Shown here piece after piece: positions 19,252 through 29,997 of a DNA stretch of 64,000 nucleotides. The DNA is from Bdellovibrionota bacterium (GTDB lineage: Bacteria; Bdellovibrionota_C; UBA2361; JBIKUX01): contig JBIKUX010000006.1 in assembly GCA_044347345.1 (NCBI GenBank), positions 45,218 to 109,217 on the forward strand, given 5' to 3'. The notes beneath the pieces were generated by a model. That model was not told the origin of the DNA and did no database searches. It was given only the letters and a program-made list of their open reading frames with translations. Made by a program: the position numbers and the translations under genes. The stretch's first letter is position 1; each line of letters starts with the position of its first letter.

Positions 19252-19354
19252 TTTGGGTGGCGCATACCAATTAGCCCTTGCTTTAGTACAAATAACTTTT
19301 CAGTAGTGAAAGCGATTCAGATTTATGCTGTAAGAATAAATGATAGTAAAAAAA

Positions 19355-20038
19355 ATGTTTACAGGTATTGTAGCAGGCTGTGGTAGTGTTAATTCGTTTA
19401 AATGTTCTCAAGGCTACAAAGAGCTTATCATCGAAGCACCTGACGAAATATTAAAGTCGTGCGAAAAAGGCGCTAGTATAGCAGTAGACGGAGTATGTCT
19501 GACTGTAAAATATATTGATCAAAATTTTGTAGCCTTTGATGTTGGAGCCGAAACTAGACGTTTGACAACCTTAGATCAGTATCAGGTAGGATATAAGGCC
19601 AATTTAGAGCGTTCTTTAAAATTAGGAGACGAGATTGGCGGGCATATGTTATCTGGTCACGTTGATGGTGTTGGAAGGGTACTAAATATTAGTAGTACCT
19701 CAGGGAATACAATTCTTCAAATAGCTGCTCCAGTAGGACTTTATAAATACATTTTTTTAAAAGGTTACATCGCAGTTAATGGTGTGAGTTTAACTATAAA
19801 TGAACTTTACCTGCCCAGCGTAATTCATGAATCTGATAAGGTTACGCCTATTCAAAAAGCGAGTGAGAGTAACAACGGATTTTTCATTTGTCATCTTGTG
19901 CCTGAGACACTTAAGCGTACTAACCTTGAAAAATTGAATTGTGGTTCTTTGGTCAATTTAGAAATATCTCGTAATGATCAAGTACTTGTCGAGACAGCTC
20001 TCCGGTGGTTAGAGCATAATTTCAGCAATAAATCCTGA
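19355..20038 (+). CDS. ribE: riboflavin synthase (alpha chain)
   Basis: Conserved N-terminus MFTGIV; GASIAVDGVCLTV; NLERSL; GGHMLSGHVD; KGYIAVNGVSLT; VNLE. Confidence 0.96.
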   Translation: MFTGIVAGCGSVNSFKCSQGYKELIIEAPDEILKSCEKGASIAVDGVCLTVKYIDQNFVAFDVGAETRRLTTLDQYQVGYKANLERSLKLGDEIGGHMLSGHVDGVGRVLNISSTSGNTILQIAAPVGLYKYIFLKGYIAVNGVSLTINELYLPSVIHESDKVTPIQKASESNNGFFICHLVPETLKRTNLEKLNCGSLVNLEISRNDQVLVETALRWLEHNFSNKS

Positions 20039-20190
20039 TTACTCAAATATCAAATGCCTTGTTTTTTACGGCAGTTCCTTTTATTAACGATAACTTAGTT
20101 TCAGTATTTTAGTAAATCTAACTTAAAAGCGATAATAAACTGTGAGCAGTAAAAAAGGCCTAATAAGTCTCTCCACCCTCAGGGTATTTA

Positions 20191-20475
20191 ATGATCCGAT
20201 TTTTCTTTTCTTTAGTTTTTTATGTTGTTGTAGCAAGGTGGGTATATGTAGAGATTGCCACATTTATGCCCCATGCTATTCCGTACATTGATGCAGGAGT
20301 GAGAATAATTTCGATTCCACCGCATACTCAATGGGGACCCGTAATTGCCAAGGTAAAAAGTAGGCTCCAGAAATTTTCAACTAAGCCATACATAGCGAAC
20401 ACTGAGTTAATTCCAAATTTGCCAAAAGCCCGTTTGAGAGAGGACTGGTGGTTAACCGGCAATGTCTCAGAGTAA
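20191..20475 (+). CDS. small hypothetical membrane protein
   Basis: 94-aa ORF filling an intergenic gap, N-terminal hydrophobic segment. Confidence 0.5.
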   Translation: MIRFFFSLVFYVVVARWVYVEIATFMPHAIPYIDAGVRIISIPPHTQWGPVIAKVKSRLQKFSTKPYIANTELIPNLPKARLREDWWLTGNVSE

Positions 20476-20557
20476 GTTTTTTAAAGACTGAAGTAGAGTT
20501 TAATTTAAATTTGTATTTTTTAGTTTACGCGTTCATTGTTTGCTATTTGGGAGAGAT

Positions 20558-21169
20558 TTAGCCGTTTGAAACTCGAGCAGTAGTAGAGTTTTGTACCGAG
20601 GAACAGCACTCAGTAAAAGTAGTTTTGTATAGCTCTAAAGCATCTAAAACTATTTGTTGAGCAGCACTTTTTCCGACAAATTGGTCAACTAAAACAGCTT
20701 TATTCTCTAACTTTTTGTAGTCTTCAAAGAAATTACGAAGTTCAAGGAGGATATGTGGAGGAAGATCATTTACATCATCGTAATGTTGCACGCTCATGTC
20801 ATTAACTGCAACAGCAATGATTTTATCGTCATGCTCTCCTTGATCTACCATCTGCATGGCACCAATTACTTTAGCTTCAACCAAGCACAGTGGCTGAATA
20901 GCTATTTGAGAAAACACTAAAATATCTAAAGGATCTTTGTCATCGCAAAAAGTTTGGGGAATAAAACCGTAGTTTGCGGGATAATGAACGGCTGAAAACA
21001 GCACTCTATCAAGTTTTAGTAGTCCACTATCTTTATCCAGCTCATATTTAGCTTTCGATGCTTTGGAAATTTCTATAATGGATGTAACAATCTCAGGAGA
21101 ATCTTGGCCGGGAGACACAGTGTGCCAGGGATTCTGGACAATACCCTTCTGATTATTCTTGGTAGACAT
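20558..21169 (-). CDS. ppa: inorganic pyrophosphatase (family I)
   Basis: [38 protein letters not shown]. Confidence 0.96.
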   Translation of the reverse strand: MSTKNNQKGIVQNPWHTVSPGQDSPEIVTSIIEISKASKAKYELDKDSGLLKLDRVLFSAVHYPANYGFIPQTFCDDKDPLDILVFSQIAIQPLCLVEAKVIGAMQMVDQGEHDDKIIAVAVNDMSVQHYDDVNDLPPHILLELRNFFEDYKKLENKAVLVDQFVGKSAAQQIVLDALELYKTTFTECCSSVQNSTTARVSNG

Positions 21170-21344
21170 AATAACTTAAACTCTAACGTTTGATCTTAAC
21201 AATAGTTCCTATATTTAGCTGATGAACAGCGTATTACACAAGTTGTTATAGCTAAATCTTTTGTTTTGGATCGCTCTTATTTAATTAAGCATCTTTTCTC
21301 TAAGAGTTAAATAAATTGATAGTTAAAAACTAGGTAAAAGTTTT

Positions 21345-22292
21345 GTGACCCTTAAAAAGCCTAAAGTGTTAATTTTAGGTGCTACTGGCATGCTAGGGTC
21401 AATGGTGCTTGACGTTTTTGACCGAGCTGGTTGCTTTTCATTGCATGCAACCGGTCGAGAACATGAGATGATTGAACTAGGTAGTGTTTTATTTCCGAAA
21501 GTTTCTTGGCATCCGCTTTTACTATCTCCCTTTGAGTCAAATGTTCAGCGCTTGATTCCCTTACCCGAAGTGGAATGGATTGTGAATGCTATTCATATAA
21601 CGCGACCTTTTATTTCGGGTGAATCTCCAAATGATCGTGAAAGAGCACTCCAGATTAATGGTATTTTCCCTCATGAATTAGCTAGATTTGCAACATCTCG
21701 CAATATTAAAATAATACAGTTTTCAACTGATTGGGTATTTTCTGGACTAACCGGAAATTACTCGGAGAAGTCATCTCATGATGCTATTGACGTTTATGGG
21801 AAGACAATGAGTTTGGGGGAAGTAGTACTTCCTCATACTTTTGTAATCCGTACATCTTTAGTTGGGCCGGAGCCTGTGCGTTCGAAGTATCTTCTTGAAT
21901 GGCTTTTGGTTCAGCCTCTCGGAGCTAAAATATCAAGTTTTAGTAATTATTTGTGGAATGGTATTACTACCTTGCATCTTGCAAACATTTGTAAAGCGAT
22001 AATTGAACATGACCTTACACCATTTGGCATTCATCATCTTATTCCAAATGGTGTATCTTCTGAAGCTGAAACCGTTTTAGCGTTAGCCGCTAATTTTAAA
22101 CGAACTGACTTAGATATTATTATATGTTCTGGTCATGATTCAGCGAATCGAATTTTGGTAACTGAAAGAGAAGCTCTCAATGAGCGGCTTTGGTTTCTTG
22201 CAGGTTATCGTGAAAAAATACCAACGTTAAACAACATGATTAAAGAGCTAGCAAACTATCCGTATCGTTTTAGGCAATTTCGAAATCAGTGA
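21345..22292 (+). CDS. RmlD-like (dTDP-4-dehydrorhamnose reductase family) extended SDR, with non-canonical catalytic motif
   Basis: GATGMLG, FSTDWVFSG, YSEK, IRTSLVG, WNGITT; YxxxK reads YGKTM. Confidence 0.85.
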   Translation: MTLKKPKVLILGATGMLGSMVLDVFDRAGCFSLHATGREHEMIELGSVLFPKVSWHPLLLSPFESNVQRLIPLPEVEWIVNAIHITRPFISGESPNDRERALQINGIFPHELARFATSRNIKIIQFSTDWVFSGLTGNYSEKSSHDAIDVYGKTMSLGEVVLPHTFVIRTSLVGPEPVRSKYLLEWLLVQPLGAKISSFSNYLWNGITTLHLANICKAIIEHDLTPFGIHHLIPNGVSSEAETVLALAANFKRTDLDIIICSGHDSANRILVTEREALNERLWFLAGYREKIPTLNNMIKELANYPYRFRQFRNQ

Positions 22293-22311
22293 ATAGAGAA
22301 AGCTATAATAT

Positions 22312-22743
22312 CTAACGAATCATAGCTCCATTTTTGGCACGCATTTCGAGAGATTCCTTAATACATTCAATAAGCGCAGTTGCTGAAAGATATCCAAAAT
22401 CTTTTTCAACTTCGGTGCCGAGAGCTCTCTTTAGTTTCTCAACAAGCTCTTGAGTTTCATGGTCATAACTACCTGAAATTGTTACTCTATCTGAGATACA
22501 TGTAAATTCACAAAACATATTTATGAGCGTCTGCATAGCTCGTATTTGTTGTTCTTGAGCCAATTTACCTATAGATGGAGCAGTAGCTTCCGATGGTATA
22601 GGTTCTATTTGGGCGATAGCTCTTATAAGCTCGGCCCAGCGTGAGCTTATATGTGATGGACTGGTGTCAGCTCTTCTGCGTAGCTGGTTTGATCCATTAC
22701 TTTGGTATTCTTTGTCTTGTTTAGTTTTGTTGGGTTCACTCAC
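22312..22743 (-). CDS. hypothetical protein
   Basis: 143-aa ORF filling the gap between convergent/co-oriented genes; no recognised motif. Confidence 0.55.
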   Translation of the reverse strand: MSEPNKTKQDKEYQSNGSNQLRRRADTSPSHISSRWAELIRAIAQIEPIPSEATAPSIGKLAQEQQIRAMQTLINMFCEFTCISDRVTISGSYDHETQELVEKLKRALGTEVEKDFGYLSATALIECIKESLEMRAKNGAMIR

Positions 22744-22813
22744 GGTAGTATCATTTTAGAGAATTCTTCTAGTAAATTGGATGATCGGCATTTATACGGA
22801 TAACGTTTACAAT

Positions 22814-24337
22814 TTATTTTCTACAAGATTTTTTAATAAATTCTTTAATTATGGCTTGATAGTTAAGAAAAGTAGTTCGGTTTCGTGGTCCTTCGTGAGA
22901 AAAGACTTTTTTACCAAACATAATTATACGAGATTCTTCATGAAGAATTTGTTTTCTTCTGAGGTGTGAAAAAAGTTCGATCAGTGCATTTACTGGAGCG
23001 CGCTCGTCATCTTCGGCACTTATAACTAAAATAGGGGGTAATAAATTTTTGGGGGGTGAAGTTAGTAATGAAATTTTCTTTAATATTTCTTCTTGCACAG
23101 ATTGCACAGATTTAATGTTTCTACCCAACCACTCAGCTTTTTCATCTGGGGAGAAAATGGGAATCCTGGGGTGAGTGTCTCTTTTTTCTAATTTAAGTAA
23201 GGCGTAAGGATCAATAAAAGGTACTTCGAGAACTACTGCACAGAACAAGTGTGGCGCTGTAGCAACGCCCCTCAAGACTGGTATCGCACCAGCGCTACGA
23301 GCTAACGCTACAGTTTGGCCTGGTGGAATGTTGTATTTTTCTGTGATTGCAATCGTCTCAGTTACATATTCCGTTGCTGAGCGTAATTTCCCAAGTCCTT
23401 GACCTTCAATAGCGCGTCCATTATCTCCAGCAATTTTTGTGCGGTATACTAAATATCCATCACGAGCAAGTAAGGATAATAGGGGAAGTGAAGGGAGTCG
23501 CACCGGTGCACCGTATGCTCCATAACCAATGCTTATGAGCCCCGTTCGTTGAGATTTAGGTTTTAGGGGAAATTGGCGCGGCTGTTCTTTTACCAAGTGT
23601 GATAAAGATCTATTTTTCTTTAAGTAAATAGGCTTCGATGTTGTTTCGTCTATCTTGTTAGTCCCCCATAAAACAATCTTATTTAGAGGTATTTCTTTAC
23701 TTAGAGTGGTGGCGACTAAGGATCCGTCATTTTGATTGTTTTCTTTTACGTCCCAGGATATGTCGTAAATATTTTTAACCTCGGAGAATGTTTTTATTGA
23801 AATAGTACCGTTTTTATTCCAACGAGCTAAGAATACATTTGCATCACGTTCTTGATTGTTAAACAGAAGAGCCACCCAAGGATATTTTGGATGAACTCTA
23901 ATAGCATCTAGTGAACATGAGTCGTTGTGACATAAAGACTCAAGGATTAGACTACTCGTTTTTCCTTGACTGTTTTTTAATTGAATGGTTGGAAGGCTTC
24001 GACCAGTAGCATCGGCAATGATCGCTAATGATCCGTTTGTAGTGTTTTGAACAATTTTTACTTCATTTTTGAGTGAAGCTTGATCAGAAACGGATGGGGG
24101 AAGAGTTGCTGATAATAGTAGTTGTGTCCTCTTAATTGATCTGGTGTTTGTAGAGAGCCAAGCATTTCCCCATTCGATCTCTTGTTGGTATCTCTTTTTA
24201 AGAGATGCTTCTTTACCAGTTGGAACCTGAGAAGAAAAAGTTGAAGTGCTGCATCCTAGAAGCACGGTACATTTTATAGCCAAGATAAAACTTAAAAGTG
24301 GCAGGTTAGAGATGATATTGTCTTGAGACCAAAGCAT
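22814..24337 (-). CDS. S9A prolyl oligopeptidase/oligopeptidase B-like serine peptidase, probable lipoprotein
   Basis: Lipobox LLGC; GYGAYG, LLSLLARDG, nucleophile ARSAG, EVPFID, Asp in EDDERA, His in SHEG. Confidence 0.7.
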   Translation of the reverse strand: MLWSQDNIISNLPLLSFILAIKCTVLLGCSTSTFSSQVPTGKEASLKKRYQQEIEWGNAWLSTNTRSIKRTQLLLSATLPPSVSDQASLKNEVKIVQNTTNGSLAIIADATGRSLPTIQLKNSQGKTSSLILESLCHNDSCSLDAIRVHPKYPWVALLFNNQERDANVFLARWNKNGTISIKTFSEVKNIYDISWDVKENNQNDGSLVATTLSKEIPLNKIVLWGTNKIDETTSKPIYLKKNRSLSHLVKEQPRQFPLKPKSQRTGLISIGYGAYGAPVRLPSLPLLSLLARDGYLVYRTKIAGDNGRAIEGQGLGKLRSATEYVTETIAITEKYNIPPGQTVALARSAGAIPVLRGVATAPHLFCAVVLEVPFIDPYALLKLEKRDTHPRIPIFSPDEKAEWLGRNIKSVQSVQEEILKKISLLTSPPKNLLPPILVISAEDDERAPVNALIELFSHLRRKQILHEESRIIMFGKKVFSHEGPRNRTTFLNYQAIIKEFIKKSCRK

Positions 24338-24565
24338 AAAAATTAAAGAATTATTTCGGGCTGAAAAGTATACTCCTTATCTAGATCATTGGTCTTAAGT
24401 GAATAAGACTCTAGATGCTTCTTCGGTAGTGATTGAATTTTCCTAGAATAGACCACTACATTTAATAACGTTAAGCCTACGAGATTACTTTTTGAATGAA
24501 TAAAGATTAGGCTTGGAAGAACAAAATAATGTTTATCGATGAAATACAAGTCGATTGATTCAGTC

Positions 24566-25153
24566 TTAAGGACTTCGAAGACAGGGATTTCGTATCCAGA
24601 GTCCTTCAACGACGTCTTGTAGCGGCCCAAGCTGGGAGATTGAAAGAGATGCTATTTTGGTAAAGCCATGAGACAAATGAAAATGGCGCGAAGCTACGTT
24701 ATCGTTTGGATGCTCAACTATGAAAGCTAGTATCGTGATAGAGGAGGATAAGTCAGAAAAAAGGCGGTTATAAATTCTGTTGGCCAAGCCGAGACGACGC
24801 ACCTCAGAAGCAACACAAATCTTGTCAACGTGAAAAACGGCTCGAGTTGACAACAGAGATTGTAATTTTAATGTTTCTACTCGATCTTCTGTAAAGATCT
24901 CCCGGAAAGGTTTTGAGCCCTTATGATAGCCTATAACAAATCCGAGAATTTGGCCGTTAGAGTCATGAGCCACCAGCGATACTCCTTCAGTAAACATCTG
25001 CAAGTAATCATCAGCGCTCTCAGTTCCAATTAGAAATCCTTGAGAGGAAGATCCACAACCTCTTACTAAAGCAACTGAGTTCGCCAATTTCCAACATCCC
25101 TGAGCATCAACACTACACCCTGATACAATACTGATTTCGCCATTTAATGACAT
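24566..25153 (-). CDS. GNAT family N-acetyltransferase
   Basis: HVDKICVASEVRRLGLA (motif A); PNDNVASRHFHLSHGF. Confidence 0.85.
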   Translation of the reverse strand: MSLNGEISIVSGCSVDAQGCWKLANSVALVRGCGSSSQGFLIGTESADDYLQMFTEGVSLVAHDSNGQILGFVIGYHKGSKPFREIFTEDRVETLKLQSLLSTRAVFHVDKICVASEVRRLGLANRIYNRLFSDLSSSITILAFIVEHPNDNVASRHFHLSHGFTKIASLSISQLGPLQDVVEGLWIRNPCLRSP

Positions 25154-25395
25154 AAAAGTTTCCGTTTATGCTAGTGTCCGATGGTTAGTAATTATGAGTA
25201 AAATGGCGGCAAACATTCAATAATTAAACAAAAATACTAAAGATTGGCAGGTTCTATCAGTAAGACACTAGAAGGCTGTTATATGCTGATATATGTGTGC
25301 TTCATGCTCTGCTTACTAAGCATCTTATTTAAACACAACTAATCATTATACGGTAAGTTGTGAACTAAATTAGCGTTTGAGTTAGTAATACTTTC

Positions 25396-26553
25396 ATGAG
25401 TTTCGCAATCTCAAGTACTGTCGATGGGGAGAATGTTCAGCTTCTAATCAGTACGGTGCGTAATTTTGTTGAAAAAGAAATTACGCCACAAGTCAAAAAA
25501 ATAGAGGAGCTAGGCTCAATTCCTCGGACTATTTGGCAGGCACTAGGATCTCTCGGGTTATTGGGAATTACTGTACCTGAGGAATATGGTGGTGTTGGTC
25601 TTGGCTACTATGCTCACTGTTTGGTCATGGAAGAGATAAGTCGAGTATCAGCTTCATTGGGCTTAAGCTACGGTGCTCATTCAAATCTGTGCGTAAATCA
25701 AATAATGCTTAATGGCTCAGATGCTCAGAGGGCAAAATATCTACCTAAATTAGTTGCAGGAGATTATATAGGGGCACTTGCTATGAGCGAGAGCTCGTCT
25801 GGCTCCGATGTAGTAAGTATGAAACTTAAAGCAGAGCGTCGTGGTAACAGCTATTTTCTTAATGGTTCCAAAATGTGGATTACCAATGGCCCACAAGCAG
25901 ATATAATTGTGGTTTACGCTAAAACTAACCCAAGTTTAGGATCACGCGGAATTACAGCCTTCATTATTGAGCGAAACTTCAGTGGTTTTAAATCTGCTCA
26001 AAAGTTAGACAAACTTGGTATGCGTGGGTCAGAAACATCTGAATTAATTTTTGATTCGTGTGAAGTCCCAGCTGAAAACGTCTTGGGTGATGAAGGTGAA
26101 GGGGTACGTGTTTTAATGAGTGGTTTAGACTATGAGAGGATAGTTTTATCCGGCGGTCCAGTAGGTATTATGCAAGCTTGTTTAGATACAGTATTACCGT
26201 ATGTTCGAACTCGCGAACAATTCGGTAAGCGTATTGGTGATTTTCAACTAGTTCAAGGTAAGCTCGCCGATATGTACACCGCATTGGGCTCAAGTAGAGC
26301 CTACCTTCATCATGTAGCTAAGCTATGCGATATGGGCAAGGTCGCTAAAGAAGATGCAGCGGCAGTAATTCTTTACTGTGCTGAATCAGCAACAAAAGTG
26401 GCACTTGATGCTATTCAACTGCTCGGAGGTAATGGATACACTTCCGATTATCCGACAGGTCGTTATCTTAGAGATGCAAAGTTATATGAAATTGGTGCTG
26501 GAACATCTGAGATTAGGCGAATGTTAATCGGCAGAACCTTAGTTGATCGGTGA
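25396..26553 (+). CDS. liuA: isovaleryl-CoA dehydrogenase
   Basis: [73 protein letters not shown]. Confidence 0.95.
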   Translation: MSFAISSTVDGENVQLLISTVRNFVEKEITPQVKKIEELGSIPRTIWQALGSLGLLGITVPEEYGGVGLGYYAHCLVMEEISRVSASLGLSYGAHSNLCVNQIMLNGSDAQRAKYLPKLVAGDYIGALAMSESSSGSDVVSMKLKAERRGNSYFLNGSKMWITNGPQADIIVVYAKTNPSLGSRGITAFIIERNFSGFKSAQKLDKLGMRGSETSELIFDSCEVPAENVLGDEGEGVRVLMSGLDYERIVLSGGPVGIMQACLDTVLPYVRTREQFGKRIGDFQLVQGKLADMYTALGSSRAYLHHVAKLCDMGKVAKEDAAAVILYCAESATKVALDAIQLLGGNGYTSDYPTGRYLRDAKLYEIGAGTSEIRRMLIGRTLVDR

Positions 26554-28166
26554 TTATGACAATCCTTACTACATCGATTGATATAAACTCCTCTCGCTTT
26601 AAAGAACAGTATTCAGAGATGGCAACACTAGTGTCGCACCACTCATCTCTCGTAAAGCGAGCGGCGTTAGGTGGAGGACGGGAAGCAGCCATTAGGCACG
26701 AACAGCGAGGGAAGTTATTGCCGAGAGATAGAATAGCGGCACTAATTGACAAGAACACTGAGTTTTTTGAGCTAAGTCCGCTTGCAGCACATAGCGTTTA
26801 TGATGAAGAGGTTCCTGGTGCTGGAATAATCACCGGACTCGGTTGGATATCTGGGCATCTTTCGGTAATCGTAGCGAATGATCCAACGGTAAAAGGTGGT
26901 ACTTACTTTCCCTTGACTGTTAAAAAACATATAAGAGCTCAAGAAATTGCCTTAGAAAATCATTTGCCGTGTGCATACTTAGTAGATTCTGGTGGCGCAT
27001 ACCTACCGCGACAAGATGAAGTTTTTCCGGATCGAGATCACTTTGGCCGCATATTCTACCTTCAGGCTAGAATGTCAGCGTTCAAAATTCCGCAACTTGC
27101 TATTGTACTTGGTTCCTGCACGGCTGGTGGTGCTTATGTGCCGGCAATGTCAGATGAAGCTATCATGGTAAAAGGAAATAGCACTATATTTTTAGGTGGC
27201 CCACCTCTTGTGCGAGCTGCTACGGGAGAAAATATTGATGCTGAGTCATTAGGCGGAGCTGAAGTACACTGCACTGTGTCAGGAGTAGCCGATCATTTTG
27301 CTGATTGTGAGCAGGCGGCTTTTGATAAGGCAAGAGCAATTTTTGCTCGTTATCCGGGAGTAAATTCTGATAAATGTTATAGATATAATTTTGCAAAGAC
27401 TCCCAGATACAATCCTGAAGAAATATATGGAATTGTCCCACGAGACCTAAGAAAACAGTACGATGTAAGAGAGATTTTAGCTCGAATAGTTGATGATTCC
27501 TATTTTGATGAGTTTAAGGCTCGGTATGCACGTACCATTGTTTGTGGCTTTGCTGAAATTGGTGGACATCTCATCGGAATATTGGCAAACAATGGAATTT
27601 TATTTTCAGAATCAGCATTGAAGGGTGCACATTTTATTCAGTTGTGTTCTCAGCGTGATATACCGCTTCTTTTTTTACAAAATATAGTGGGATTTATGGT
27701 TGGCTCCAAGGCAGAGCACGAAGGTATTGCAAAACATGGAGCAAAACTTGTTGCTAATGTAGCTACTACACATGTTCCAAAAGTCACTGTACTGATTGGA
27801 GGAAGTTTTGGAGCGGGTAATTATGCAATGTGTGGAAGAGCCTATAATCCTCGTTTTTTATTTTCTTGGCCAAATTCTCGTATATCTGTGATGGGAGGTG
27901 AGCAAGCGGCAAGAGTGATGTCAATTATTCACGCTGAAAAGCATCATAGAAATGGTCAATTATGGACAGACGATGATGAGGTATCGCTGACTGATCCGAT
28001 TCGAGCTCAATATGAAATTCAAGGGAATCCTTTTTATGCTACTGCACGCCTTTGGGATGATGGTATTCTTGATCCTGCGAAAACAAGAGATCATATTATA
28101 CAAGCGTTCAATGCTACGCAGTTTGCACCACTTGAAAAGCCATTAAGTAGCGTACTTCGAATGTGA
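26550..28166 (+). CDS. liuB: 3-methylcrotonyl-CoA carboxylase carboxyltransferase (beta) subunit
   Basis: [70 protein letters not shown]. Confidence 0.95.
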   Translation: MIMTILTTSIDINSSRFKEQYSEMATLVSHHSSLVKRAALGGGREAAIRHEQRGKLLPRDRIAALIDKNTEFFELSPLAAHSVYDEEVPGAGIITGLGWISGHLSVIVANDPTVKGGTYFPLTVKKHIRAQEIALENHLPCAYLVDSGGAYLPRQDEVFPDRDHFGRIFYLQARMSAFKIPQLAIVLGSCTAGGAYVPAMSDEAIMVKGNSTIFLGGPPLVRAATGENIDAESLGGAEVHCTVSGVADHFADCEQAAFDKARAIFARYPGVNSDKCYRYNFAKTPRYNPEEIYGIVPRDLRKQYDVREILARIVDDSYFDEFKARYARTIVCGFAEIGGHLIGILANNGILFSESALKGAHFIQLCSQRDIPLLFLQNIVGFMVGSKAEHEGIAKHGAKLVANVATTHVPKVTVLIGGSFGAGNYAMCGRAYNPRFLFSWPNSRISVMGGEQAARVMSIIHAEKHHRNGQLWTDDDEVSLTDPIRAQYEIQGNPFYATARLWDDGILDPAKTRDHIIQAFNATQFAPLEKPLSSVLRM

Positions 28167-28181
28167 AAAAGTAAGTTATAA

Positions 28182-29033
28182 ATGTCAAATACTTGCGATA
28201 AAATTCTACCATCACCGCTGCTAATAAATGAAAATCAGGAAAAGTCGATTGTATATATAACTCTAAATAGACCTGATGCTAGAAATGCTTTTACTCGCAA
28301 AATGTTGGATATTTTACACAGTTGGCTAGTAAATTTTCCAACGACGTATTCAAGACATCAATACCGAGCAGTAGTTCTTAGGGCTAATGGGGAGGATTTT
28401 TGTGCTGGTGCAGATCTTTCTTGGATGGCTTCAGCACAAGCAATGACTCCTGAAGAAAATGAAGCAGATGCTAGAGTGCTTGCTGAAGTTTTAAGTATGT
28501 TATCTAATTTACCCATTCCCACACTGGCTGAAGTAAAGGGAAGGGTAATCGGAGGCGGACTTGGTTTTGTAGCCGCTGTAGATATAGCTATTGCTACAGA
28601 CAGCTTTCACGGTAAATTTAGCGAGTCCTTACTTGGATTAGTACCTGCCACAATAGCCCCATACATAGTACGAGCGATAGGTGATCGTGCTACAAGGGCG
28701 CTTTTTTTAACAGCAAATAGTATAAATGCGAAAAAGGCAGTTGAATTTGGACTTCTTCATGAAGTAGTTTCAACGGATCAACTATCCAACCGTTGTGATG
28801 AAATACTAAATGCTATTTGTGCATGCGCTCCTAAATCTCAAATGGCAATTAAGGAGCAACTTTCCTTTTTGAGGGAAGAGCTTCAAAAAAAGCCGTTTAT
28901 CCATATCCAGCAAGACTCAATTTCTCGGTTAGCAAAGGTGAGAGTATCAGATGAAGCAGTAGAGGGTCTAAACGCTTTTATAGAAAAAAGAGATCCTGTT
29001 TGGCGCAAAAAGACAGATCAAATAAAGGCTTAG
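28182..29033 (+). CDS. liuC: methylglutaconyl-CoA hydratase (crotonase family)
   Basis: LNRPDARNAF, FCAGADLSWM, GGGLG, FSESLLGLVPATI; operon context. Confidence 0.88.
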   Translation: MSNTCDKILPSPLLINENQEKSIVYITLNRPDARNAFTRKMLDILHSWLVNFPTTYSRHQYRAVVLRANGEDFCAGADLSWMASAQAMTPEENEADARVLAEVLSMLSNLPIPTLAEVKGRVIGGGLGFVAAVDIAIATDSFHGKFSESLLGLVPATIAPYIVRAIGDRATRALFLTANSINAKKAVEFGLLHEVVSTDQLSNRCDEILNAICACAPKSQMAIKEQLSFLREELQKKPFIHIQQDSISRLAKVRVSDEAVEGLNAFIEKRDPVWRKKTDQIKA

Positions 29034-29037
29034 TAAC

Positions 29038-29982
29038 ATGGCTAATCTAAAGCCTATAGATGGTGATGATAATCATGCTGTGATAGTTGAAGTAGGCTTA
29101 AGAGATGGTTTACAAGCCATCAAGAAAATTTTAACTCCAGAACAGCGAGCAGAATTAATTTTATCTTTAATTGAGGCAGGTATTCATCACATTGAAGTGG
29201 GGAGCTTTGTTTCGCCAAAAAAAGTACCACAACTTTCAGACACAGGAATTGTGGCAGAGTTAATTGGCATACAAGAGGGCATTATTACCAGCGCGCTTAT
29301 TCCAAATGAGCGAGGACTTTACGAAGCACTCCAAACATCAATAGACGAATATGCTGTTTTTATCGGTGCTACTGATGAATTTACTCTCGGAAATATAGGA
29401 AAAACCGTTCAACAAGCGTTGGAGACATATCAAGAAATTATTAAGATAGCGTTCGCTCGAGGAAAAAAGGTCAGAGGCTATCTTTCATGTATTGTGCGAT
29501 GTCCTTATTCTGGCGCGGTTAGTTCAATTCAAGTGGCACGATTAGTGGATAAGTTACTTGAAATAGGTTGTTACGAAGTTTCGCTTGGTGAGACATTAGG
29601 AGTTGCAACTCCAGCGGACATAGAAAAAGTGCTTCATAATTTGGGAAATATATCTCTAACAAAACATGTAGCCTTGCACCTTCATAATACATTTGGTCAG
29701 GCATTAGCGAATATATTGAGGGGGCTTGATTTGGGAATAAGACGCTTTGATGCTGGAGTAGGAGGATTTGGCGGTTGTCCATTTGCGCCAGGTTCAGCTG
29801 GTAATTTGGCCACTGAAGATTTAGTTTATCTACTCAATGGTTTGGGTATAAAGACGGGAATAAACATCAATGCCCTTCCACAAATTACTCGAAAAATTTC
29901 AACTCTTACTGGCGAGAGTGCGCACTCTCTAGTAAGCAAGGCACTTGAAAATCAGCTCTCATGTAAATCTGTATTTCCTTGA
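29038..29982 (+). CDS. liuE: hydroxymethylglutaryl-CoA lyase
   Basis: EVGLRDGLQ, SFVSPKKVPQ, HLHNT, GGCPFAPGSAGNLATED. Confidence 0.93.
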   Translation: MANLKPIDGDDNHAVIVEVGLRDGLQAIKKILTPEQRAELILSLIEAGIHHIEVGSFVSPKKVPQLSDTGIVAELIGIQEGIITSALIPNERGLYEALQTSIDEYAVFIGATDEFTLGNIGKTVQQALETYQEIIKIAFARGKKVRGYLSCIVRCPYSGAVSSIQVARLVDKLLEIGCYEVSLGETLGVATPADIEKVLHNLGNISLTKHVALHLHNTFGQALANILRGLDLGIRRFDAGVGGFGGCPFAPGSAGNLATEDLVYLLNGLGIKTGININALPQITRKISTLTGESAHSLVSKALENQLSCKSVFP

Positions 29983-29997
29983 GGGAAAGGAAATACT

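Noticed and set aside
24343-24630. 95-aa minus-strand ORF between the peptidase and GNAT genes
   Set aside because: Overlaps the GNAT 3' end, TTG start, no motif; cannot be supported.
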